A stretch of DNA of 64,000 bases from NCBI GenBank assembly GCA_964016885.1, contig OZ024752.1, positions 34,038,001 through 34,102,000 on the forward strand, given 5' to 3'. Origin of the DNA: Eledone cirrhosa (lineage: Eukaryota). Position 1 is the first letter of the stretch. Every line of letters starts with the position of its first letter. The notes beneath the pieces were generated by a model. It saw only the letters and a program-made list of their open reading frames with translations. It searched no databases and was not told where the DNA came from. Below are positions 1-12,008 of the stretch, piece by piece. The position numbers and the translations under genes were made by a program.

Positions 1-634
1 ACTGTATGTCTATTGAAAGACACTGTCTATGTTGAATCCTTTCATTACTGTATGTCTAATGAAAGACACTGTTTATGTGTTTAATCCTTTCATTACTGTA
101 TGTCTAATAAAAGGGACTGTCTATGTGTTTAACCCTTTCATTACTGTATGTCTAATGAAAGACACTGTCTATGTATTTAATCCTTTCATTACTGTATGTC
201 TAATGAATGACACTGTCTATGTGTTTAACCCTTTCATTACTGTATGTCTAATGAAAGACACTCTCTATGTCTTTAACCCTTTCATTACTGTATGTCTAAT
301 GAAAGACACTGTCTGTGTTTAACCCTTTCATTACTGTATGTCTAATGAAAGACACTGTCTATGTGTTTAACCCTTTCATTACTGTATTTCTAATGAAAGA
401 CACTGTCTATGTGTTTAATCCTTTCATTACTGTATGTCTAAAGAAAGACACTGTCTATGTGTTTAACCCTTTCATTACTGTATATCTAATGAAAGACACT
501 GTCTATGTGTTTAACCCTTTCATTACTGTATGTCTAATGAAAGACACTGTCTATGTGTTTAACCCTTTCATTACTGTATGTCTAATGAAAGACACTGTCT
601 ATGTGTTTTACCATTTCATTACTGTATGTCTAAT

Positions 635-820
635 AGGGCGGTGGATTGGCAGTATCGGTAGAGGGTCGGACGCCATGCTTTCCAGCATAGTTACGTCCCT
701 TTACGATCTGAGTTCAAATCCCGCCGAGGTTGACTTTGCCTTTCATCCTTACGGGGTCGATAAAATAAAGTACCAGTAATGTACTGGGTAATTGCTGGTC
801 TTGTGCCAATAGTAGAAATA
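635..820 (+). mobile_element. tRNA-derived SINE-like insertion, copy 1 (186 bp)
   Basis: Non-satellite sequence AGGGCGGTGGATTGGCAGTATCGG...GTAGAAATA with an A-box-like TGGCAGTATCGG (647-658) and a B box GTTCAAATCC (712-721). It is flanked by the 17-bp direct repeat ATTACTGTATGTCTAAT (618-634 and 821-837). Confidence 0.9.
647..721 (+). promoter_or_regulatory. Internal RNA polymerase III type-2 promoter of the SINE (A box 647-658, B box 712-721)
   Basis: TGGCAGTATCGG approximates the TRGCNNARYNGG consensus and starts 12 bp into the element. GTTCAAATCC matches GTTCRANNC. Activity is not shown. Confidence 0.7.
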
Positions 821-3800
821 ATTACTGTATGTCTAATGAAAGACACTGTCTATGTGTTTAACCCTTTCATTACTGTATATCTAATGAAAGACACTGTCTA
901 TGTGTTTAACCCTTTAATTACTGAATGTCTAATGAAAGACACTGTCTATGTGTTTAACCCTTTCATTACTGTATGTCTAATGAAAGACACTGTCTATGTG
1001 TTTTACCATTTCATTACTGTATGTCTAATGAAAGACACTGTCTATGTCTTTAACCCTTTATTTACTGTATTTGTAATGAAAGACACTGTCTATGTGTTTA
1101 ATTCTTTCATTACTGTATGTCTATTGAAAGACACTGTCTATGTTTAATACTTTCATTATTGTATGTCTAATGAAAGACACTGTTTATGTGTTTAATCCTT
1201 TCATTACTGTATGTCTAATGAAAGACACTGTCTATGTGTTTAACCCTTTCATTACTGTATGTCTAATAAAAGGGACTGTCTATGTGTTTAACCCTTTCAT
1301 TACTGTAGGTCTAATGAAAGACACTGTCTATGTGTTTAACCCTTTCATTACTGTATGTCTAATGAAAGACACTGTCTATGTATTTAATCCTTTCATTACT
1401 GTATGTCTAATGAAAGACACTGTCTATGTGTTTAACCCTTTCATTACTGTATGTCTAATGAAAGACACTGTCTATGTATTTAATCCTTTCATTACTGTAT
1501 GTCTAATGAAAGACACTGTCTATGTGTTTAACCCTTTCATTACTGTATGTCTAATGAAAGACACTGACTATGTCTTTAACCCTTTCATTACTGTATGTCT
1601 AATGAAAGACACTATCTGTGTTTAACCCTTTCATTACTGTATGTCTAATGAAAGACACTGTCTATGTATTTAATCCTTTCATTACTGTATGTCTAATGAA
1701 AGACACTGTCTATGTCTTTAACCCTTTCATTACTGTATGTCTAATGAAAGACACTGTCTGTGTTTAACCCTTTCATTACTGTATGTCAAATGAAAGACAC
1801 TGTCTATGTGTTTTACCATTTCATTACTGTATGTCTAATGAAAGACACTGTCTATGTGTTTAACCCTTTCATTACTGTATGTCTAATGAAAGAAACTGTC
1901 TATGTCTTTAACCCTTTCATTACTGTATGTCTAATGAAAGACACTGTCTATGTCTTTAACCCTTTCATTACTGTATGTCTAATGAAAGACACTGTCTATG
2001 TCTTTAACCCTTTATTTACTGTATTTGTAATGAAAGACACTGTCTATGTGTTTAATCCTTTCATTACTGTATGTCTAATGAAAGACACTGTCTATGTGTT
2101 TAACCCTTTCATTACTGTATGTCTAATGAAAGAAACTGTCTATGTCTTTAACCCTTTCATTACTGTATGTCTAATGAAAGACACTGTCTATGTCTTTAAC
2201 CCTTTCATTACTGTATGTCTATTGAAAGACACATTCTATGTCTTTAACCCTTTATTTACTGTATTTGTAATGAAAGACACTGTCTATGTGTTTAATTCTT
2301 TCATTACTGTATGTCTAATGAAAGACACTGTTTATGTGTTTAATCCTTTCATTACTGTATGTCTAATGAAAGACACTGTTTATGTGTTTATTCCTTTCAT
2401 TACTGTATGTCTAATAAAAGGGACTGTCTATGTGTTTAACTCTTTCATTACTGTAGGTCTAATGAAAGACACTGTCTATGTGTTTAACCCTTTCATTACT
2501 GTATGTCTAATGAAAGACACTGTCTATGTATTTAATCCTTTCATTACTGTATGTCTAATGAAAGACACTGTCTATGTGTTTAGCCCTTTCATTACTGTAT
2601 GTCTAATGAAAGACACTGTCTATGTATTTAATCCTTTCATTACTGTAAGTCTAATGAAAGACACTGTCTGTGTTTAACCCTTTCATTACTGTATGTCTAA
2701 TGAAAGACACAGTCTATGTGTTTAATCCTTTCATTACTGTATGTCTAATGAAAGACACAGTCTATGTGTTTAATCCTTTCATTACTGTATGTCTAATGAA
2801 AGACACAGTCTGTGTTTAACCCTTTCATTACTGTATGTCTAATGAAAGACACTGTGTGTTTAACCCTTTCATTACTCTATGTCGAATGAAAGACACAGTC
2901 TATGTGTTTAATCCTTTCATTACTGTATGTCTAATGAAAGACACTGTCTATGTGTTTAACCCTTTCATTACTGTATGTCTAATGAAAGACACAGTCACAT
3001 GTGTTTAACCCTTTCATTACTGTATGTCTAATGAAAGACACAGTCTATGTGTTTAACCCTTTCATTACTGTATGTCTAATGAAAGACACAGTCTATGTGT
3101 TTAATCCTTTCATTACTGTATGTCTAATGAAAGACACTGTCTATGTGTTTAACCCTTTCATTACTGTATGTCTAATGAAAGCCCTTTCATTACTGTATTT
3201 CTAATGAAAGACACTGTCTATGTGTTTACTCCTTTCATTACAGTATGTCTAATGAAAGACACTGTCTATGTGTTTAATCCTTTCATTGCTGTATGTCTAA
3301 TGAATGACACTGTCTATGTGTTTAATCCTTTCATTACTGTATGTCTATTTAAAGACACTGTCTATGTTGAATCCTTTCATTACTGTATGTCTAATGAAAG
3401 ACACTGTTTATGTGTTTAATCCTTTCATTACTGTATGTCTAATAAAAGGGACTGTCTATGTGTTTAACCCTTTCATTACTGTATGTCTAATGAAAGACAC
3501 TGTCTATGTGTTTAACCCTTTCATTACTGTATGTCTAATGAAAGACACTGTCTATGTATTTAATCCTTTCATTACTGTATGTCTAATGAAAGACACTGTC
3601 TATGTGTTTAACCCTTTCATTACTGTATGTCTAATGAAAGACACTGACTATGTCTTTAACCCTTTCATTACTGTATGTCTAATGAAAGACACTATCTGTG
3701 TTTAACCCTTTCATTACTGTATGTCTAATGAAAGACACTGTCTATGTATTTAATCCTTTCATTACTGTATGTCTAATGAAAGACACTGTCTATGTCTTTA

Positions 3801-4443
3801 ACCCTTTCATTACTGTATGTCTAATGAAAGACACTGTCTGTGTTTAACCCTTTCATTACTGTATGTCTAATGAAGGACACAGTCTATGTGTTTAATCCTT
3901 TCATTACTGTATGTCTAATGAAAGACACTGTCTATGTGTTTAACCCTTTCATTACTGTATGTCTATTGAAAGACACTGTCTATGTTGAATCCTTTCATTA
4001 CTGTATGTCTAATGAAAGACACTGTTTATGTGTTTAATCCTTTCATTACTGTATGTCTAATAAAAGGGACTGTCTATGTGTTTAACCCTTTCATTACTGT
4101 ATGTCTAATGAAAGACACTGTCTATGTATTTAATCCTTTCATTACTGTATGTCTAATGAAAGACACTGTCTATGTGTTTAACCCTTTCATTACTGTATGT
4201 CTAATGAAAGACACTCTCTATGTCTTTAACCCTTTCATTACTGTATGTCTAATGAAAGACACTGTCTGTGTTTAACCCTTTCATTACTGTATGTCTAATG
4301 AAAGACACTGTCTATGTGTTTAACCCTTTCATTACTGTATTTCTAATGAAAGACACTGTCTATGTGTTTAATCCTTTCATTACTGTATGTCTAATGAAAG
4401 ACACTGTCTATGTGTTTTACCATTTCATTACTGTATGTCTAAT

Positions 4444-4629
4444 AGGGCGGTGGATGGGCAGTATCGGTAGAGGGTCGGACGCCATGCTTTCCAGCATAGT
4501 TACGTCCCTTTACGATCTGAGTTCAAATCCCGCCGAGGTTGACTTTGCCTTTCATCCTTACGGGGTCGATAAAATAAAGTACCAGTAATGTACTGGGTAA
4601 TTGCTGGTCTTGTGCCAATAGTAGAAATA
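4444..4629 (+). mobile_element. SINE-like insertion, copy 2 (T>G at 4456, first base of the A box)
   Basis: Identical to copy 1 except GGATGGGCAG; same TSD and junctions. Confidence 0.9.
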
Positions 4630-4982
4630 ATTACTGTATGTCTAATGAAAGACACTGTCTATGTGTTTAACCCTTTCATTACTGTATATCTAATGAAAGA
4701 CACTGTCTATGTGTTTAACCCTTTAATTACTGTATGTCTAATGAAAGACACTGTCTATGTGTTTAACCCTTTCATTACTGTATGTCTAAAGAAAGACACT
4801 GTCTATGTGTTTAACCCTTTCATTACTGTATATCTAATGAAAGACACTGTCTATGTGTTTAACCCTTTCATTACTGTATGTCTAATGAAAGACACTGTCT
4901 ATGTGTTTAACCCTTTCATTACTGTATGTCTAATGAAAGACACTGTCTATGTGTTTTACCATTTCATTACTGTATGTCTAAT

Positions 4983-5168
4983 AGGGCGGTGGATTGGCAG
5001 TATCGGTAGAGGGTCGGACGCCATGCTTTCCAGCATAGTTACGTCCCTTTACGATCTGAGTTCAAATCCCGCCGAGGTTGACTTTGCCTTTCATCCTTAC
5101 GGGGTCGATAAAATAAAGTACCAGTAATGTACTGGGTAATTGCTGGTCTTGTGCCAATAGTAGAAATA
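4983..5168 (+). mobile_element. SINE-like insertion, copy 3
   Basis: Same sequence and TSD as copy 1; 539 bp after copy 2. Confidence 0.9.
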
Positions 5169-6855
5169 ATTACTGTATGTCTAATGAAAGACACTGTCTA
5201 TGTGTTTAACCCTTTCATTACTGTATATCTAATGAAAGACACTGTCTATGTGTTTAACCCTTTAATTACTGTATGTCTAATGAAAGACACTGTCTATGTG
5301 TTTAACCCTTTCATTACTGTATGTCTAATGAAAGACACTGTCTATGTGTTTTACCATTTCATTACTGTATGTCTAATGAAAGACACTGTCTATGTCTTTA
5401 ACCCTTTATTTACTGTATTTGTAATGAAAGACACTGTCTATGTGTTTAATTCTTTCATTACTGTATGTCTATTGAAAGACACTGTCTATGTTTAATACTT
5501 TCATTATTGTATGTCTAATGAAAGACACTGTTTATGTGTTTAATCCTTTCATTACTGTATGTCTAATGAAAGACACTGTCTATGTGTTTAACCCTTTCAT
5601 TACTGTATGTCTAATAAAAGGGACTGTCTATGTGTTTAACCCTTTCATTACTGTAGGTCTAATGAAAGACACTGTCTATGTGTTTAACCCTTTCATTACT
5701 GTATGTCTAATGAAAGACACTGTCTATGTATTTAATCCTTTCATTACTGTATGTCTAATGAAAGACACTGTCTATGTGTTTAACCCTTTCATTACTGTAT
5801 GTCTAATGAAAGACACTGTCTATGTATTTAATCCTTTCATTACTGTATGTCTAATGAAAGACACTGTCTATGTGTTTAACCCTTTCATTACTGTATGTCT
5901 AATGAAAGACACTGACTATGTCTTTAACCCTTTCATTACTGTATGTCTAATGAAAGACACTATCTGTGTTTAACCCTTTCATTACTGTATGTCTAATGAA
6001 AGACACTGTCTATGTATTTAATCCTTTCATTACTGTATGTCTAATGAAAGACACTGTCTATGTCTTTAACCCTTTCATTACTGTCTGTCTAATGAAAGAC
6101 ACTGTCTGTGTTTAACCCTTTCATTACTGTATGTCTAATGAAGGACACAGTCTATGTGTTTAATCCTTTCATTACTGTATGTCTAATGAAAGACACTGTC
6201 TATGTGTTTAACCCTTTCATTACTGTATGTCTATTGAAAGACACTGTCTATGTTGAATCCTTTCATTACTGTATGTCTAATGAAAGACACTGTTTATGTG
6301 TTTAATCCTTTCATTACTGTATGTCTAATAAAAGGGACTGTCTATGTGTTTAACCCTTTCATTACTGTATGTCTAATGAAAGACACTGTCTATGTATTTA
6401 ATCCTTTCATTACTGTATGTCTAATGAAAGACACTGTCTATGTGTTTAACCCTTTCATTACTGTATGTCTAATGAAAGACACTCTCTATGTCTTTAACCC
6501 TTTCATTACTGTATGTCTAATGAAAGACACTGTCTGTGTTTAACCCTTTCATTACTGTATGTCTAATGAAAGACACTGTCTATGTGTTTAACCCTTTCAT
6601 TACTGTATTTCTAATGAAAGACACTGTCTATGTGTTTAATCCTTTCATTACTGTATGTCTAAAGAAAGACACTGTCTATGTGTTTAACCCTTTCATTACT
6701 GTATATCTAATGAAAGACACTGTCTATGTGTTTAACCCTTTCATTACTGTATGTCTAATGAAAGACACTGTCTATGTGTTTAACCCTTTCATTACTGTAT
6801 GTCTAATGAAAGACACTGTCTATGTGTTTTACCATTTCATTACTGTATGTCTAAT

Positions 6856-7041
6856 AGGGCGGTGGATTGGCAGTATCGGTAGAGGGTCGGACGCCATGCT
6901 TTCCAGCATAGTTACGTCCCTTTACGATCTGAGTTCAAATCCCGCCGAGGTTGACTTTGCCTTTCATCCTTACGGGGTCGATAAAATAAAGTACCAGTAA
7001 TGTACTGGGTAATTGCTGGTCTTGTGCCAATAGTAGAAATA
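6856..7041 (+). mobile_element. SINE-like insertion, copy 4
   Basis: Same sequence and TSD as copy 1; 1873 bp after copy 3. Confidence 0.9.
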
Positions 7042-9949
7042 ATTACTGTATGTCTAATGAAAGACACTGTCTATGTGTTTAACCCTTTCATTACTGTATA
7101 TCTAATGAAAGACACTGTTTATGTGTTTAATCCTTTCATTACTGTATGTCTAATGAAAGACACTGTCTATGTGTTTAACCCTTTCATTACTGTATGTCTA
7201 ATAAAAGGGACTGTCTATGTGTTTAACCCTTTCATTACTGTAGGTCTAATGAAAGACACTGTCTATGTGTTTAACCCTTTCATTACTGTATGTCTAATGA
7301 AAGACACTGTCTATGTATTTAATCCTTTCATTACTGTATGTCTAATGAAAGACACTGTCTATGTCTTTAACCCTTTCATTACTGTATGTCTAATGAAAGA
7401 CACTGTCTGTGTTTAACCCTTCCATTACTGTATGTCTAATGAAAGACACTGTCTGTGTGTTTAACCCTTTCATTACTGTATGTCTAATGAAAGACACAGT
7501 CTATGTGTTTAATCCTTTCATTACTGTATGTCTAATGAAAGACACAGTCTATGTGTTTAACCCTTTTATTACTGTATGTCTAATGAAAGACACAGTCTAT
7601 GTTTTTAACCCTTTCATTACTGTATGTCTAATGAAAGACACTGTCTATGTGTTTAACCCTTTCATTACTGTATGTCTAATGAAAGACACAGTCTATGTGT
7701 TTAATCCTTTCATTACTGTATGTCTAATGAAAGACACAGTCTATGTGTTTAATCCTTTCATTACTGTATGTCTAATGAAAGACACTGTCTATGTGTTTAA
7801 CCCTTTCATTACTGTATGTCTAATGAAAGACAGTCTATGTGTTTAACCCTTTCATTACTGTATGTCTAATGAAAGACACAGTCTATGTGTTTAATCCTTT
7901 CATTACTGTATGTCTAATGAAAGACACTGTCTATGTGTTTAACCCTTTCATTACTGTATGTCTAATGAAAGCCCCTTCATTACTGTATTTCTAATGAAAG
8001 ACACTGTCTATGTGTTTAACCCTTTCATTACTGTATGTCTAATGAAAGACACTGTCTATGTATTTAATCCTTTCATTACTGTATGTCTAATGAAAGACAC
8101 TGTCTATGTCTTTAACCCTTTCATTACTGTATGTCTATTGAAAGACACTGTCTGTGTTTAACCCTTTCATTACTGTATGTGTAATGAAAGACATTGTCTG
8201 TGTGTTTAACCCTTTCATTACTGTATGTCTAATGAAAGACACTGTCTATGTGTTTAATCCTTTCATTACTGTATGTCTAATGATAGACACTGTTTATGTG
8301 TTTAATCCTTTCATTACTGTATGTCTAATGAAAGACACTGTTTATGTGTTTAATCCTTTCATTACTGTATGTCTAATAAAAGGGACTGTCTATGTGTTTA
8401 ACCCTTTCATTACTGTATGTCTAATGAAAGACACTGTCTATGTGTTTAACCCTTTCATTACTGTATGTCTAATGAAAGACACTGTCTATGTATTTAATCC
8501 TTTCATTACTGTAAGTCTAATGAAAGACACTGTCTGTGTTTAACCCTTTCATTACTGTATGTCTAATGAAAGACACAGTCTATGTGTTTAATCCTTTCAT
8601 TACTGTATGTCTAATGAAAGACACAGTCTATGTGTTTAATCCTTTCATTACTGTATGTCTAATGAAAGACACAGTCTGTGTTTAACCCTTTCATTACTGT
8701 ATGTCTAATGAAAGACACTGTCTGTGTTTTTAACCCTTTCATTACTGTATGTCTTATTAAAGACACAGTCTATGTGTTTAATCCTTTCATTACTGTATGT
8801 CTAATAAAAGACACAGTCTATGTGTTTAACCGTTTCATTACTGTATGTCTAATGAAAGACACAGTCTATGTGTTTAACCCTTTCATTACTGTATGTCTTA
8901 TGAAAGACACTGTCTATGTATTTAATCCTTTCATTACTGTATGTCTAATGAAAGACACTGTCTATGTGTTTAACCCTTTCATTACTGTATGTCTAATGAA
9001 AGACACTGACTATGTCTTTAACCCTTTCATTACTGTATGTCTAATGAAAGACACTATCTGTGTTTAACCCTTTCATTACTGTATGTCTAATGAAAGACAC
9101 TGTCTATGTATTTAATCCTTTCATTACTGTATGTCTAATGAAAGACACTGTCTATGTCTTTAACCCTTTCATTACTGTATGTCTAATGAAAGACACTGTC
9201 TGTGTTTAACCCTTTCATTACTGTATGTCTAATGAAGGACACAGTCTATGTGTTTAATCCTTTCATTACTGTATGTCAAATGAAAGACACTGTCTATGTG
9301 TTTAACCCTTTCATTACTGTATGTCTATTGAAAGACACTGTCTATGTTGAATCCTTTCATTACTGTATGTCTAATGAAAGACACTGTTTATGTGTTTAAT
9401 CCTTTCATTACTGTATGTCTAATAAAAGGGACTGTCTATGTGTTTAACCCTTTCATTACTGTATGTCTAATGAAAGACACTGTCTATGTATTTAATCCTT
9501 TCATTACTGTATGTCTAATGAAAGACACTGTCTATGTGTTTAACCCTTTCATTACTGTATGTCTAATGAAAGACACTCTCTATGTCTTTAACCCTTTCAT
9601 TACTGTATGTCTAATGAAAGACACTGTCTGTGTTTAACCCTTTCATTACTGTATGTCTAATGAAAGACACTGTCTATGTGTTTAACCCTTTCATTACTGT
9701 ATTTCTAATGAAAGACACTGTCTATGTGTTTAATCCTTTCATTACTGTATGTCTAAAGAAAGACACTGTCTATGTGTTTAACCCTTTCATTACTGTATAT
9801 CTAATGAAAGACACTGTCTATGTGTTTAACCCTTTCATTACTGTATGTCTAATGAAAGACACTGTCTATGTGTTTAACCCTTTCATTACTGTATGTCTAA
9901 TGAAAGACACTGTCTATGTGTTTTACCATTTCATTACTGTATGTCTAAT

Positions 9950-10135
9950 AGGGCGGTGGATTGGCAGTATCGGTAGAGGGTCGGACGCCATGCTTTCCAG
10001 CATAGTTACGTCCCTTTACGATCTGAGTTCAAATCCCGCCGAGGTTGACTTTGCCTTTCATCCTCACGGGGTCGATAAAATAAAGTACCAGTAATGTACT
10101 GGGTAATTGCTGGTCTTGTGCCAATAGTAGAAATA
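9950..10135 (+). mobile_element. SINE-like insertion, copy 5 (CATCCTCACGG variant)
   Basis: One T>C change shared with copy 7; 3094 bp after copy 4. Confidence 0.9.
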
Positions 10136-11822
10136 ATTACTGTATGTCTAATGAAAGACACTGTCTATGTGTTTAACCCTTTCATTACTGTATATCTAAT
10201 GAAAGACACTGTCTATGTGTTTAACCCTTTAATTACTGTATGTCTAATGAAAGACACTGTCTATGTGTTTAACCCTTTCATTACTGTATGTCTAATGAAA
10301 GACACTGTCTATGTGTTTTACCATTTCATTACTGTATGTCTAATGAAAGACACTGTCTATGTCTTTAACCCTTTATTTACTGTATTTGTAATGAAAGACA
10401 CTGTCTATGTGTTTAATTCTTTCATTACTGTATGTCTATTGAAAGACACTGTCTATGTTTAATACTTTCATTATTGTATGTCTAATGAAAGACACTGTTT
10501 ATGTGTTTAATCCTTTCATTACTGTATGTCTAATGAAAGACACTGTCTATGTGTTTAACCCTTTCATTACTGTATGTCTAATAAAAGGGACTGTCTATGT
10601 GTTTAACCCTTTCATTACTGTAGGTCTAATGAAAGACACTGTCTATGTGTTTAACCCTTTCATTACTGTATGTCTAATGAAAGACACTGTCTATGTATTT
10701 AATCCTTTCATTACTGTATGTCTAATGAAAGACACTGTCTATGTGTTTAACCCTTTCATTACTGTATGTCTAATGAAAGACACTGTCTATGTATTTAATC
10801 CTTTCATTACTGTATGTCTAATGAAAGACACTGTCTATGTGTTTAACCCTTTCATTACTGTATGTCTAATGAAAGACACTGACTATGTCTTTAACCCTTT
10901 CATTACTGTATGTCTAATGAAAGACACTATCTGTGTTTAACCCTTTCATTACTGTATGTCTAATGAAAGACACTGTCTATGTATTTAATCCTTTCATTAC
11001 TGTATGTCTAATGAAAGACACTGTCTATGTCTTTAACCCTTTCATTACTGTATGTCTAATGAAAGACACTGTCTGTGTTTAACCCTTTCATTACTGTATG
11101 TCTAATGAAGGACACAGTCTATGTGTTTAATCCTTTCATTACTGTATGTCTAATGAAAGACACTGTCTATGTGTTTAACCCTTTCATTACTGTATGTCTA
11201 TTGAAAGACACTGTCTATGTTGAATCCTTTCATTACTGTATGTCTAATGAAAGACACTGTTTATGTGTTTAATCCTTTCATTACTGTATGTCTAATAAAA
11301 GGGACTGTCTATGTGTTTAACCCTTTCATTACTGTATGTCTAATGAAAGACACTGTCTATGTATTTAATCCTTTCATTACTGTATGTCTAATGAAAGACA
11401 CTGTCTATGTGTTTAACCCTTTCATTACTGTATGTCTAATGAAAGACACTCTCTATGTCTTTAACCCTTTCATTACTGTATGTCTAATGAAAGACACTGT
11501 CTGTGTTTAACCCTTTCATTACTGTATGTCTAATGAAAGACACTGTCTATGTGTTTAACCCTTTCATTACTGTATTTCTAATGAAAGACACTGTCTATGT
11601 GTTTAATCCTTTCATTACTGTATGTCTAAAGAAAGACACTGTCTATGTGTTTAACCCTTTCATTACTGTATATCTAATGAAAGACACTGTCTATGTGTTT
11701 AACCCTTTCATTACTGTATGTCTAATGAAAGACACTGTCTATGTGTTTAACCCTTTCATTACTGTATGTCTAATGAAAGACACTGTCTATGTGTTTTACC
11801 ATTTCATTACTGTATGTCTAAT

Positions 11823-12008
11823 AGGGCGGTGGATTGGCAGTATCGGTAGAGGGTCGGACGCCATGCTTTCCAGCATAGTTACGTCCCTTTACGATCTGAG
11901 TTCAAATCCCGCCGAGGTTGACTTTGCCTTTCATCCTTACGGGGTCGATAAAATAAAGTACCAGTAATGTACTGGGTAATTGCTGGTCTTGTGCCAATAG
12001 TAGAAATA
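11823..12008 (+). mobile_element. SINE-like insertion, copy 6
   Basis: Same as copy 4; 1873 bp after copy 5 and 4967 bp after copy 4. Confidence 0.9.

Larger units (their letters stand above)
618..837 (+). repeat. 17-bp target-site duplication ATTACTGTATGTCTAAT flanking the SINE (618-634, 821-837); identical at all 7 copies
   Basis: Removing the insert plus one 17-mer restores a normal monomer (...CCATTTC ATTACTGTATGTCTAAT GAAAGACAC...). The length is typical of LINE-mediated target-primed reverse transcription. Confidence 0.92.

Noticed and set aside
130-136. Telomere-like TAACCCT in each monomer
   Set aside because: A single 7-bp match per 48 bp, never tandem and often mutated to TAATCCT; not evidence of telomeric sequence.
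635-730. Functional tRNA gene
   Set aside because: A and B boxes are present, but the spacing is long, I could not build a convincing cloverleaf, and it continues into about 90 bp of non-tRNA body bounded by a TSD.
315-1147. ORF segments IGRWIGSIGRGSDAML...KYQ and MYWVIAGLVPIVEI with a TAATG stop/start overlap
   Set aside because: Chance translation through the SINE; the DNA features (A/B boxes, TSD) indicate a non-coding retroelement.
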